Positions 1 to 15,000 of a stretch of DNA of 55,426 nt are shown piece by piece. A model generated the notes under the pieces. It was not told the DNA's origin, did not search any database, and worked only from the letters and a program-made list of their open reading frames with translations. Source of the stretch: Callorhinchus milii (Eukaryota); the NCBI RefSeq assembly GCF_018977255.1, contig NW_024705307.1, forward strand, positions 1-55,426. The letters run 5' to 3'. A program made the position numbers and the translations under genes. Position 1 is the first letter of the stretch; each line of letters starts with the position of its first letter.

Positions 1-3000
1 CACGGTTTTCATAACACACGGGTCATACACCGCACGGCAGTCCGAGGTTCGGCGTATAGTGCTATCGAAAATGTTCGTAAGGCTCTGACTCCGGTGTGCC
101 GTGGAAGTCGCTGAGGACACCCTCCATATTAGTCCAGGATCCTTGTACTACCTAAACAGTACATACGCGTCTCGTTCTAGGGTGAGCCTATCGGGTTATA
201 GTCCGGAGGCACGTGGTCAAAAGGCCAGCCTCTCGAGATTCTCCCATTCAGAAGGTACATATCGCAATGTTGAATCCTGGGAGGGGCTGAGACCATGTTA
301 CCGCGCGTCTCATTTTGGGGCGTGAAACCAGACGAGCCAGATAAGGTGCGGGAGTGAAATTTGCAATAGATGCTCCGTAATCTTTATGGCAGGGCCTAGA
401 GAAAATACAGCCTCGATGTCAATTTGCCTGACGTCACCCATTGGACAACTGCATAAGCGCTAATCGCGCTTGATTCGATAAGCTTTCTGTGCGACTCCCT
501 ATTCACTGCTCAACTGGTGAAGAAACTCGGCGCAGAAGCCCACCGTGCGTTGACACGCAGCCAGCCCCGAATATCACGTTATGCCATCGGATAGCCTAAT
601 CGTTGAATATCTGTGCGTAAGACTGAACCCCAACCCCAAGAGTTAGCCCGCTCTAAGCCGCTCCTCACTCCTTTCTTGTACTTGTATGATCCGAACGAAT
701 ATGACATGGATGGAGCCCATTAGGGTGTGCATAAAATAGAACCGCGCGTGCCAATGTGACTTTGTTGTATTACTTTGGCCTGTAACACTGGATGGGGGGT
801 TGTCCGTGAGATGCTAATGTACCGAATAATAATAAGCATAGGGACTAACGGACGCGGTCGCCGCCCGGGAAAGTGGATGTCACAGACGACTACGGCACAT
901 GGATGATCTAACGGTTCAGTTGGGGTGCACGGTTACAAAACGTACGAGCACTTTGCTCGCATCAACCCGGACACGGTGAATATATTTGAGGTCAGGGACA
1001 CTCAGGGGGGGGCACTGACTTGGGGTGCCGTGGAGTTTGTTAATACCAGGTGCACCGATATGCAGCGGACGAATGCCTACAGCGTCATCATATCTATCCT
1101 AGTTGGTTCAAATTTTGATCAGGAGTCTTTCTGAAACCTACTACGTTGCGTCATCACTTGTGAAAGGATTACCACTACACCAAGAATCCTTTGCAGTCAC
1201 GCATGTTACGCAAACCTCGTTGCGTTTTAAGTACGTATTGCTAGCACCGGCAGCCCCTACAGGCATTCCGGTTAAACGAGCAATATAACAGGCTCCCTGA
1301 CGGTTAAGATTAGCTTCGCCCGCGTATTTCCATCGTGTGACATTAGGATAAGCGAACGGTACTTTTTGTTCTGTTGGGACAGATAATCGGGGATATTGAT
1401 CAAAGGGAACCACGACGATTGAGTACCACTTCACGATTGTTCAACCTCTCTCTGTCTGGGCCCTAGGCTTTACGTGTGTTAAGTATAGCTCAGGTGCTTC
1501 CTAGCTCTATGTCGAGTGAACCTCAAGATGAGTTCGAGCGCCCCTAAAATCAGAACGTCTATTGACGAGCTTGAGCTCCGTGTAAAGGCTGAAGAAGTCT
1601 TGGAAGAGTCAAGTGGATCAGCGGGTTTCCCATATTATTGTTGTCTCCCCCCGATGGTCTACCTTATTCACTATCAAAATTTGGAGTGCGCTGTGATCCC
1701 CGGGTCGACTCAGGGCAAACCGTATTGGACCTACGCAGCAGGCCGTGCTAGTGGGATGCCTCGTTCGATACGATACCCACAACGCATTTGGTCGTAATTA
1801 GGAAGGGTTATCCCCGGAGGCTGAAGCCATAATTTTCAGTGAATCCTATCAAAGAATGTCGATGCGGGGGTGGGTATTCGAATCGCTCCATAGGCTCAAA
1901 TGCCCAGTTATGCGGCTTGAACACGGCCTTTTTATACAAGTACTTTCCGGCGAAAAACTATCTGACGCGAAACGACTAATATCGCCTGGACCTCAAGCTA
2001 ATTCTGCTTGTCAAGCAGTGAGACGCAAATAGCGCAAGTGCTCCATGCTCATGCATTGTGTTTCTCTGTGCATGTTCGTGATAACTCAAGTAGTTATCTC
2101 GGCTATCTCCGTATTGTAATGCCTGCTAAGGACCCCTTACTAGGGATACCAACATTCAACGGAACCAGACTCGAATGTAGTGCGAAATACCGGGGGCCCA
2201 TACCCTTTCCTACACCACTCCAACTGCGGGCCCAGGATATACGAGCCTGCCGCGGGCCCTGAGCCTACAGGAAGCGTGACTAATTTGCAGCGACTTCATA
2301 CTGTCAAACGCGCAGCTCGAGAAGGTGTAACATGGCAGACTCTCAGCAGAACATCTTAGTACAGCAAACCTCTCGGCGGAACATTTAGATTCAAGGTAAA
2401 AAGTGTTGCACGGATTTGTCTCCTTCCAACCGCAGGGATTTGAGGTTGTGGGCTATGAACGCTGGCGGGGTACTTGGCTCAGTTGAGACCCGCCATAAGC
2501 GTTGTTCGCTGCCCTCGGCCTCCAAAATCTTTTAGGACTGGGCCGCATGCCTCTGGACGGAGGACCCCTTGTAGAACGTTCCCCGAGGTCTCACTAAGTT
2601 CGCCGCCCTATCGCACAAAATTCATAGGAAGATCAGACGAAATATATAGCTCGTTCGGATATTGTGTCGCAAATCTGGGGAATCGTACTGTATGATCAAC
2701 TAACGGATCTAAAACCCGGGTGTCAGACTAATTATCCCGCATACACTTTTGTTGCTAATATAGGCCCAAGTAAACACAGAACCGCTTTTGCACGAATGAT
2801 CATAAGTAGCATTTACATTCATAGCCCATTAAATTCAGATGACATTTTGCGAAAAGGTCTCCGTAACGGCCAAGCTTTATCCCTCCCGCTAGAGTCGCCA
2901 CCTACAGCACCTATAATGGTAAATGGGAATCAGCACCCAACCGATCGGCTACGACATTGATTGGGGTCGCGTCAATATTTTTTGGTGCCCTTCGGAGAAT

Positions 3001-6000
3001 ACGGGAACGTTTAACAGATGTCATATCGTGCAAAGTAAAGCGATTATAAACTGCGTTGACTTGTCTTGGTAGCGTCAGGTACCAGTAAGCCTACATCCGG
3101 CAGCAAGTTCTCAAGGGGCGTAACCGGCGGGGATTTCGCACATAATATTCGGTTGGTGTGCTAACTCAGAATATCGCGGTAACCGACTTAACATATCTTC
3201 CTAGACACTTGGCCGTCGGAACATTAGAAAGAATCATAATAGCATCTGTACAAGGGCTGAGGTGGTTGCGCTTCGGCTCATATCGCGAAGGACCGGACCC
3301 TTGCATACGCTCGACGTAAAGGACGGACTATGATGGCAAGAGTATAGGTAATGTATATGATGGTAACAGGGCAAACGTCGGATATTTGAGGCACCGCCAG
3401 TCCATAAGGTTTAGGCACAATTAAACGGCCTAGTGAACATACCTATAGAGCTTTTTGCTGTACCCCCGCCACTGCAGGCATAATCTGAGAGTTTGGTCAA
3501 CTAACACCAGAACTTGAGTCAACAGGGCAGTTACGTCAATTAAAACGGCACATATGCTGACTCTGGTGCAAGATTTACGGCTGCCAAGGCACCCGGTGTT
3601 TCGAATGTGTTTCAACCTATGCCAGCCCTTGCTAGGGATGTACGGACGATTGCATTTTGAGGGGTCTCGGGTAGAATGTCAGTGCAAATCTTTATGGCTT
3701 ATTGGCTCAGGAACTATGATCGGCGCCTAGTAAGATCCTAGTCATTCCACCGGTTGTGCGCCGTTTTCATACAGAGATGTACATAATCGCCGAATAACAC
3801 ACCGCGGCAAAGATTCGTCCACGTATGTTTAATGGCTTGAAAGTGACGGAATGGATGATCCGGTCAGTATATCCCAACATAACAGGGGCTAGCCGATACC
3901 AGCCTGGAGGCCATCGGGCGCTACATCAGAATTAGCGTCGCAGCGGGATCTCGACACCTGTGTATCATACCACGGCGGAGCGTTCTCCGATAGCAGGGTG
4001 TGTCACCCACGTCGAAACAGCCTCTGCGGCGATGGGATAACCCCATGAACGGGCCTCGAGAAATACATGCTACTGGACGTGTTGGGGTCCTCGACAAGTG
4101 GAGCATTGGGTTGTTCGAACGAGCGAACACGTGCCATCCGGTTATCGGTGGGACACGCCAATTATTCAGGGGCAGGCAAACCTGAACACGTCCTGTATCA
4201 AAGTTTGATGCGGACGCTTGGCAGCGAGTGATGACTTAAAAGATAAGAATCCTCTCAGAGACGCACTAACATTTCTATCGATTCAAAGTTTTACCCTCAC
4301 TCTCACATGCGTGTCTGGAAAAAGATAGATCGAGCAGGATATCCTGTTAGGCGCAAAGACATCTTTAATTCTGAAGGTTAGCCAGCCGCGCGACTGCCAC
4401 ATTTCGGATAAAACCAGGAATGTTGCCATTTGTATATCAGAGTGCTCGAGAACGTATGTCGACATAGGTTAATCTAGGATATGAACCTCAGGCGAGCGTT
4501 ACTATTTGCGGGCTGTAAAAGGTAATAAAGACCTATTACTGGGAATGTTGTTATAATGGGCTTCTAGTTCAGATCCTCGTAAGGTTGGTGGGTTAGGCCG
4601 CCCTTTTGTTCCGATGCATCGTCTGAGGCGTCTGTTAACTATCTCCCATCACGCCGAGGGGAAGATAAAATGCCTGACACAAGTGCAACAGACGCTGCTT
4701 GTTCCAATTGTCAAGCGGAGCAGGGTCATTAGGGTTAGTGCCAATTTCACGCAAACTTAGATTGTGCAGGTTAAAAATGTGTTCCGAGAGAGACTGGAGG
4801 GATACTCCTGATCTTCAACTGTCCGGGCTCCAGACGGGCAAACTAAGCCGTATCTGAACTGATAGTGATCGATGGCTGTGAAGGAACTCCGAGTGCGAGA
4901 TAAGATCCGGGCTTCGGCTCATCCCAGTAAAAAGGCAGCGCAGGACACGTGCCTCGAGTATAACATGTCTTACTCCTTATACGTTCCGTAAACGCAGCAG
5001 TGGACTAACTTCTTAAGTCGTTATGAATGGGTTGATAGAGGCATGGTCCGCTTGCGTCGTAGGCTTCTACGTTTACATATGCCGAGCTGGTCCGTGGGTG
5101 GAGTCGTCTACGAACCTGATCAGGCTATACCAACACGGAGCCCATTCGGTAACACATCCATCGACAGCTTGCTCCTTTACCCACGTGCTTCTTCCATGAT
5201 CCCAGCCAGCACGACCACCACCCATTAGTTTTAAGATCAACGGTGGAATAAATATGGACTGAGGGTCGCTTAATCCCTTTAGCTTAATATTAGGTACTTA
5301 GTATGGCGGAGTCCAGTTGCAAACCTGACATCACAGGTAATAGCACGTGATACGAAACGATCTATCCAGACACGAACGACATAAACAGATAGCAGGGTCG
5401 TGTATTGTTCACCGTATGAATCGAAAAACGCTGGGGTTAATGCCCGAAGATTGGTCACTAATACTTTGTACTTAGCCGGATAAGGGTACCGCAATTATAA
5501 TGGTCAGTGGTTGGTTACTGTTATGGGACGTGGAAACCACCTCAGAGATTTCGCCTATCCCAGCATTTTTCGGGCTAAATGGCGATGTGGCCCAATCAGA
5601 GGTTACGGCATGAGACCGTTTAAGAGCCCAGCGGCATCCTCATGCCTATGAGATAAACAGACTTAATAGCAATACTACGAATTGATGCTCCTTGCCTTCA
5701 TTTTATCCTGCTGAGCGTCCCGTCTCGCCTTTGTATCAAGCGAAGCTTCCTATTGGCGCGTCCGTTGTTACGTGGTACTTCCGCATCATGTATAGAACGA
5801 AGTGTGGGAATACTTACAAATATGGAACAAGAGCGCAAAAGTATTACTCTTTGAGATTTAATATATAAGTATTGCTCATTAATCCCTTCGAATACTGGAT
5901 TGCTTCCTCTATACATAGTTTCACCACAACGTTTTGTAGTCTGCAAGGCCGGGTAGAATAAATCACTGATGACCCTCTGACTCTAGTTGGATAATTTTCC

Positions 6001-9000
6001 TAGAAATGGAGTCGGTTACTACCCGTATTGCAACCCTCATGAAGGGAGTACTAAGCACTCTTCCGACGATACTGACCACGTAGAGATTGAAACGCAGATA
6101 TATTGAATACGGGCAAGATGTTAGACTGCGAACTGGTATTCCGGTATCAAACAAGCAAAGCGGGGAATCAAACCCCAAATCTATTTCAGGCCCTCTCACC
6201 GGAGCGTTGTGCAGATATAAGCCCAACCACGCCGTAGTAATCTGCTGACAATGGAAATCACCGGATTTGCAAGCCGACTCAATAGACGCCGGTCCTGGTG
6301 TTGTCATTCAGGCGAAGGTGGTCCCGTAAGAGACTGATCTGCTTGGTTAACGATTACGTGGTTCCCGAAATTACATTGCTCCGAAAGGGATCTGGGTCCT
6401 GAAGCGCTTTCACTCAGCCAGTGTCGTGTTTTGGAAACGCCTTCCTCCCTGGGGGAGTATCCACGGGTTGGTTGTCAACAAATAGACAAATTGATCGAAT
6501 GGGAATGGATATCGTGCCACCGTTTGGACCTCAAATACAGCATCGGATCGTCTATACACACTACTGGCCTCACCTCTCTCCATCCAAGCCGTGACAGTGA
6601 GCCAGTATGCTCATCAGGTAAATACGCCCATCGCGGTGAGCATTAACGATGTTCCTTCCAGCGACGTGCCAAGCCAAGCGTGACTTCAGCGCGCAGATTC
6701 TGAACTACGCAAAGGCGGAACACCCTAAAAGAAGGAGACATATAGAAATACTTTTACATCTGGCAGTGGGCTATTGACATAGATACTGAAGGGTGTTCCA
6801 ACCACTCCCTAGTAGACTACGCATGCTAGTGTCATCCGGTCGCTATTTAACAAGAACTTATACCTCTCAGGAAACAACGAGTATGAGTTGATCCCCTCAG
6901 TACACGATGACAACAGGGGGCAGCTTTTTAACACCGGTGAAATCGCGTGTTTCCGTTGAGTAAAGGAAAATCTTGAATACGCTACCATATCAAGAAACTC
7001 CACCGGCGTGAGGCAAACCGAGACGCGGGACCATGTGAGGGGCGGGGATGGGTTACGAACCATACGTAGTCTAGGAGCATCACAACCAGACCTGCGCAGT
7101 AAGCGGATGGTAGAGGATGTATCAGGGCTCTAAGATGTCCGAAATATACGTAAAAGTCAATCACATGCCCGAAGCAAGAACTAGCTAGCCTGCGACTGCA
7201 GATAACCAGGCCACGTGAGTAGGTATAACTAGGGTATCCCCCGGATCCACAATCTCCCGAGCCTTCACCGATTCCCAAAACTAGGCATTTCGTAGTCGGC
7301 CTGAAGCAGGAAAGCATACGATCTCAAATCGCGCAGGGTTCTGAGACGGACATTTTACTTCGTTACAACTTTTGAGCCGTCGTCAAGAATTGCGATCGGC
7401 CACAACAACGTGATTAGTCCAGTACATACGATGCTGCCCTTTTATGTTCTTGAAGCTGGTCCGCTTCCTCATGTGTCGAAGGGTATAGTACTGTTGTTCT
7501 ATCTGATGGGGGGCAGCATATACGTGCCATAAGATCATAGGTCTCAACAAAGTTGATCTACCAATCAGGCATATGCGATACGGAACCCGCGCCGCTTACG
7601 TTGACTCGCGAAAAGGCCATTTTCCTTGCGGTCGGAGATTTTATCCTGTGCACCAGTGCTGGATCAGGGGTAAACTCTCAACAGCGTATGAAAAGCTCGA
7701 TGCTGCCACCAATGTGTTGGTCACACAGAGGCGCGGTGTGGCAACATGGAGCTTAGAGCGGCTAAACCTGTCTTGGGAGGTGGGCACGCCTCAGATGGAA
7801 CCGCTATATTGGGGTGCACAGTAAGGAAATCCAATACGCAAGTGCCTGTCCTTGCAGAAATGACACCTCCTAGTGATGTTGCCATCCTATTGTGTCTGCG
7901 TAAGTAGTACGGTTGAAATTTCCTTAAAAGGCTACGCCTTCAGGCCTAAGTGCTTGATGCCCATCTAAGCGACTAGCCTCTGATCAATCGGTAGTGTAGA
8001 CTCAACGGGCTATGTCCCGACGGAACGTTGAAGGTCTCATTACCTTGAGTGCAACAGCTGCGTTTTGTAGCTCTAGGAGTACTCTAGTGGTGGCTCAGCA
8101 TAATAAAATACTGTCCGTCTGTCCACAAGGTTGATGTAACGGGAGAATCCTATGTACGACTGGAAGTCGGGAAACGTAACCCAGAGGCGGGAGAAAGGGT
8201 CCGGCAGAGGCTTGGGTCTCCAGGTGGGCTGCATATTCGTCATGTTTATCTCGAGTGTCAGCCGCCATAAGCGTCAGTGCCAACGGCAAGAGACTCCGAG
8301 GTTCAAAACTGCCGCGCGGAGTGCACGACAGCGATGAGCTGACATAATCACTCACGCACGATATGGGTGGGGCTGTCGGCCTTTCGTATAATTGGGTGCG
8401 CTATGAAGTCCTAGCTGACTGATCGGACATTGAAACTATCGCACTCGCAACGGCCGAAAGTGTATGGCTTCAAAAGATTAAGGTGGGTTCTTAGAGTTAG
8501 CTCTGCTGCCTACTTACCCACGAGGGTACGCTATGTGAGTAACTTCGCGTAGTTGCATAATTTTTGGGGACATCACTACACAAGGCTACTTACGGAATCC
8601 TACACAAAGTATTACTTCTTCTCCATAGATTCGGATTATCTATTTCGGGGAACGACATGCCGTGGGCGGTAGTTGGGCATTTGTACCGTTCTCAACAGGT
8701 ACCATATAGCGTCTACGGCGATAATCCTACGGGCTCGTAAGGCTCGGACTGCACGCACGCAGCTAAAAGATATAGGTCTCACCAGCCAGCCATGGTCAGG
8801 TTTTTCCGGATGAATGCAGTGGTAAACTCTTGTCGTAAGGATTCACGGTGTGACTTGGGTCCGAAACAATCCATCGTGACATCTTCGCGTCCATGTAGTA
8901 AGCCACGACGGGGTGGTAACCGGAGTCTTTTTGGAGAAAGAAAGGAGTTGCCAAAGAACCAGAAGGTTTTAATTTTGAGGTATTGACTTGATGGTATGAT

Positions 9001-12000
9001 GGATTGTCAGACCGTGGTGCACTCAAGAAAACAGGTAGCCCAGTGGTCCGGTCCCACGAACCACTAATATAAGTGTTCTGGTCAAGACGATTTACAGCAA
9101 AATATAGTGGGATCTGACATCACCTATATTTGATCCGTTGGCCTATTACCAATTTTCGGGAGCGGCATTAGTTGCCGGAAAAGCTGAAAGATCTAAACAG
9201 GTTCTATGACTAACATCCGGGGGAGGAAACCTACGATACATGATTAGGGTCTAGTTATGTTCCCTGGCCTAGGTTCTGTTGAAGTTCCGGTAATCCGTTT
9301 CCCAAGTGCCATTTACCACAAAATCAAGACAATCAGACTCACATTCGTAGTGAGCATTCCGCTTCATCAACATCATTGTTCGCGCGGGGAATAGACCAGT
9401 AAAGGCTGATCCTGGTGCGTATACAAATTGCGGTCTTATGTTAGAATACGAAGCCTCTCCTTCCTGTTTTTATTTTAGACAGCTGTTTCCGAGTAGCAGC
9501 GGGAACTAGCAGAACGCTAGACGCCACCGATTAAAGTATCGGTCCCCGGACCTCACTGCAACACTGTAGTCCAAGATTATGGGCTCGCACAGATTCTCTA
9601 GGTACATGGCCTAGGATGCGGACACGTTGGCACAATCGCTTAAGCAGATATCGCGGTCCACGAGACTACGTACGTTGATAGTCGGTAAGACAAAAGTACC
9701 CATATTAAGGTACCGATATACTCGGCTTTATCAGGACCCTAGCGTATGAAGAAGCTCCCAGGGGGCGATTATGCTGTTTAGGCGCGGGGTCGCGGGGTGC
9801 TAACTTGGATTTCCGTTGGCTTATCTTCTGACATAATGCTCAGGTGCGAAAACCTATGGAGAGTGCCACAGACCGATACCAGCTTAAAGGTTCGAACGCC
9901 TCCAACTAATGCATCACAGCTGTCCATGTAGAAGTCAGCCGTTACTCTGGCTCATTACCGCATCTCTGGGTGGGGCATTTTCTGTGACCATAGGTGTCTT
10001 TGCTGTAATGTACCCAGATATAATATAATAGGGAAAACATGTGATCGCGTCCTTGTCAGGGGACCCTCCAAAGGTGTTAAGCCTAAAAATAGTTCGCAAT
10101 TCCGAGCTCCTCGACATCGGTTGCACGTATGTAGTTAAGGCAGCTGACTACGAATGCGGAAAATGTCAATCTGTTTGTATCCTTCTGAGTTGGCACGCAC
10201 ACCGGGACTCAGACATATGGAAGGGCCCAAATCCGGACGAAAACAGGAGGGAAGGCTACGCCCACATGGATACGTAGGGAGCTGCCCGCGAAATACTTGC
10301 AAACCTCGGGGCACTCGGATGCGGTTATTGGGCCCAGCGGACTATGCATGCGCAGGCGGACCATAGGAGGGCGAGTAGAGTGAGATACTTTAGTTGTGCT
10401 ATCACTAAATGCAAGCCGCGAACTGTGTTCATTAGGGGGAAAGGCCAGCCGCAAGTTCGCGCCGGATGTCCAGGCTTATTGCTTATTCGGGGTTTTTGCT
10501 ATTTGCTGAAGGGGTGTGCCACTTGCAGAACCTCTAACCTTTAACAATATTTGGCCTGCCGGCCGCGTTAAGACAATCCTGGAAGGCCAGTCATACGCCC
10601 TTACAGTGCTTGAGCTACGATTATCTAGACGTTGACTGCGGACTTCCACTATAATTAGAGAAGATGCTGATGAGCCTCAATTACCAAAATTAAGACCCAT
10701 CATCAGCGAGGCTGGAGTGCAAATAGTGTCTGGAGTTGATTATAGAGATTTCGTTGTTCGACATTGGTGAGCCAAATCTTAGGATCCTCAGGGGTAGTTT
10801 AGAGTTACGAACGCATCGAGGAGGCGCGGCCTGCCTCTTTATCGGCTCTTCAATGCCCTGAGTTGCTTGTATTGTGATCCAGGGCTCCACGCAACCGTAT
10901 CATTGAGGAACTGGTGTATAGGAAATGTTTCTTCTTACAATAAGGACTATGCGTCAGGTCAGGCATCTAAAGCAGGTCACATTAAGGGACCGGGTGCCCA
11001 TGGTACGGTGTGCGAACTGAGATTCGGAGTGCTCCCTATATAAGAATACACATTACCGACGGGGACCCATGCGAGATACCGCGTTTGAACGAAGTCAACC
11101 AAGCGATAACTGGTAAAAATTGAGCTACATCGAGCAGGTCGGCGTCACGGCGCGTTGCACAAGACCCTGAGCGCCGTGACAGTTAAATGTGTCAGACGCG
11201 CTTAAGCACCCATCTCTATTTTGTCGTCCTGGTGTAAAAAATCACTTTAAGGTTATTATCATCCCACCACTGCGCCGCTCGGAAAAACTGGCAGATCAGT
11301 ATTGGACCGGGTAAGAGGACACTCTGGGAGGTTTGTCGACGCCCCGAGTCAAGTTCTTCCGTGTTAAACGGAAGTGTCCGATGAAGCCTGTCAGCAAAAA
11401 AACGTAACTATCCCCTTCCGCTGCTAGTTGTAGTGTGCGGCTCTGGACTAAATCACGCATAAATAATTACTAGCCGCAGCACTCGCAAGGTGTTCAACTA
11501 ACGACTGTCCACTCAGTATTATTAGGGCTGCGTGTTTCGGATAACAAAAGAGGAAGAGCTGATGCAGTGATAGTTATTTTGGAACGGATGTTCGCTCTCG
11601 ATTTCGGATGTTTTGATGCGTAAATATGGCGCAATTGTGCAGGTCCCTTTGCCGTGTCTAGGCGCAAACGTACCAGAGCCAAATTAGGCGCTTAATTATG
11701 AGATGCTCTCACAGATCCAACGGCAAGCTAGAGACCCCCACACAGATCGGGGCGTGTCAGTTATGATTCTTAAATAAAGGCATTCTGCAGCCTCAAAGCT
11801 GAGTCGATTTGAGCGCATTCTTGTTTGGACCCACCTAGCGACGATTGTAAGCGCCCGGTTTCTGTAGGGTTACACCACATTCGAACTTAATCCTCTTTTA
11901 CTATACCGGGCGTGCCTTTGTTCATCTAGGGACGACGCCATCAAGAAGCTGGCACAAATGGTACAACCCATGCTCTGCCCCAGGCAATTATTTTTGGGGC

Positions 12001-15000
12001 CTCATCCCTCACATAAGCACCCTGCATATGTCGATATGGAGCGGATGAAGCGATCGTAGACATAGGAAACCGTCATGATGTGAAACGGCTAATAGATCCA
12101 GTCTGTGAACCTCTGGTCAGGGTAACACATAAGGGTTGCCAAGACCCGTGTTTATCGCGCCACGGCAATATCTCCGAAAGCCCATATCATAAATCGTGAC
12201 TCCACTACCTCGCGATTCTCCGCGGCCAACTTCAGTGCCGGAACGGTCCCAAGGTATGCGCAGTGAATGTTAGTCGTAAGTACGAGTCACTCACAGGGAC
12301 CTCCCCCCGGCAGACACATCCGTGGGATCCGGGAGGCGCACATAACTCTTTATGGAAGGAGGCCGAACTAACTATTGGTAATGACAGACCGAGAGGCTTA
12401 ATCGGCATTGTAAACGGCCAGCAAGCCCGTTGGCGTGCTCCCAGAGCGAGATCCATTTCCCGTTCCACGATGATTAATTTATAAGCATGGCACAGCTCAG
12501 CGAATGCATAGTGCGTTTGCGCTTTGAACAGGTCAATGGTGCAACGAAGCGCAAGTCAAAAAATTCCATAAAACGCCGAGAAGGTACTGGGTAATAAGCT
12601 TGTTACTGGGTCGCACGTGAGCTCCCCTCAAGGCGATTTGAAATAAGACGTTGTCGGAGTCTCACAAAGATCCAATTCCCGACTTGTAAAGCGCCTCACC
12701 AGGCATAAATTTGATCTCCACATTCAACCGCTACAAAGCTGCCGAAGCCTGAGCGCAATCCTCGTTTGTGATGAGTTATATGTGGGGGCGTCGTTGGGAT
12801 TGAGGATGCTCTATTTGCGTTCTATCCGCCTTACTGCTTACAGATGTCAAGACATCTTCGCGGCGAAAGAGGTGTAACATCCAGATCGACACCGCGATGT
12901 CTTGGCACCCTTCATCTGGGCGTTGTACATGGTCATCCGAGTGGTGTCGAAGCCGTATTTTCTGGATGAGTGGGATCGTCTCGCCCGAGGTAGACCAGTA
13001 ATCTGGGACCGAATTAGACAAGCCGGTAGCTTCTTATGACCAGCTAACGTTGGAGGGCATGAGAAAGTTTCAAAAACATATCCGAACTCCCGGGATTACA
13101 TCCAATCCACTACACCGCTAGCTTCTACGCAGAGCATCTTTAATCGGTAGTATTGCTGTCCGCTAAAAGCACTGGTGTCAATTGGCATGTGAGGTAAATC
13201 AGCCAAGTTTGTGTCAATCCTATGTACTTTATGCCCCTTTAGTGACAAGAATAGCTGCTCGTAGGTAGTTTCGTTGCTCCACTTGATTCCGAACGCATTC
13301 CCCGGTCTACATGCTAACTTACGTCTCCCACTTTCTTGCAGCGACCGATAGGACTGTACTGTCTGAGAAGGACGTTACCCTGATTGCGGGGTGTCTGAGG
13401 GGTAGATAATGTTATCAGTCGATTAGCTCGTTGTTGATGGGCCGATGAGTTGGCAGTAGGCAAACAAATAACATTTGATACCATTGCTTGAATCGCCCTC
13501 CTCAACCGGGGTAGGATTATCCCAGGGCGACGGGAATCTTCTATTGTCCTATGTGAAGCACCGGCACCCAGGTTCCCTGTTGGCTAAGTCCGTTTCAGCA
13601 AGGGGTACCAGTATGCACTCCAGCGGTGCTTGTGCCAACGGCCGCAAAGGCAGTATTAGGAACCCCGTTAAAGTTGGAACTCTAAGAGCCGCAATGCGCG
13701 CCGACCAGTTGAATAGTTGCTGAGCAATCCAGAGTATGCGTTTGCACGTAACACAATCCACGCCCGTTAAATCGTACCCTGGGTACCAATGTATCTTTCG
13801 CCGCTGGATAGAGAACTGCGAAAAAAATGGGACTTCCTATCGCGGTGCTATTGACATCATAATGAAACGTGGACTGGGTATCGTGGGATCCCGCAGCAGT
13901 AGCCTTACAACCACGGGTCTTGCTGTGTTCAGTGGTTAGGAGTGACAAACAAAATTGCGGGGTACGTCCAGCCTTGCTGCCTGTTGATAATGCGCTGTGG
14001 CCAGTGCGAATCATGCCATAGAATACTTACCACCAGGCCTTCATCCCAGGGCTTGCTCATGTTGTCTAAGGGCGATAATGCCGCATAACTGCGCCACTAG
14101 TTATTTCTCCCGGAACTTGTCAGCCACAACACCGCCAATCTCGGTTGCAGAGATAGAGATCGATAGTGAGTGTGTAGGACTGATCTTTGTAATTGATGGA
14201 TCGGGATATTACAAGAAGTAGAAATATGGCAGGGAGGGTCCAGGGACGTACACATAAGTGTACCAACCAGCGGGGCATCCAGTCGGGCTGTAGTGACAAT
14301 CCTACCTGCCCTGAAGTACAGGTAATTCGAGAGAATATACGCCACCCTAAGCTACGAGACCACCTACGTAGCTCTGAGAAAAGCGTGTCGCGCGTGGTGA
14401 TACGACCTTAGTATTGCGGTCTTTGAGCTCAGCAGGAGCCACAGTGGCGTAGTTAGTGCAGGGAGATAAATTAACCAGATCACTCGGCAAGCCTTGTAGA
14501 GAGTAATTAGTATGTGGGTGACCATATGTGCCGAAACTGGCTGAGATTAGGCAGGGGCTCTCCTCCAGGTTAATAGCGACGTGGAAGCAATCCACTGTTG
14601 TTGTGCGAAACAAACCTTGGCGAGGATTGTTTACACGCATCTAGGACGGATGGGAGGGCTTCCCATGCGTGGCCACCCGATCTCCCCCAATGACAAGTCC
14701 ACGTTCACTGTTTCTGTCATTCGAAAGAACTTGCCAGTCTAATATCCGACAGTAGTGGTGAACTCCGCGAGCTGCAGCTGTGACCAATGGGGTTGCTATT
14801 AGACAAGCACATCTCAAACCACAGGAGGGCGTGTTGGAAATGTATCATTGGGGTTTCCGACATTCGACATACCGTTTAAGGCTTAGATTTCGTGGCTTAT
14901 AGCCAATCGACACCCTATCATCTCGAAGGGGTTGAAGAGGTCACTCTCTTCTTGCAAGTCGATGACCGGTTCAGAGCGGACAGAACTTACCATGCCAAAC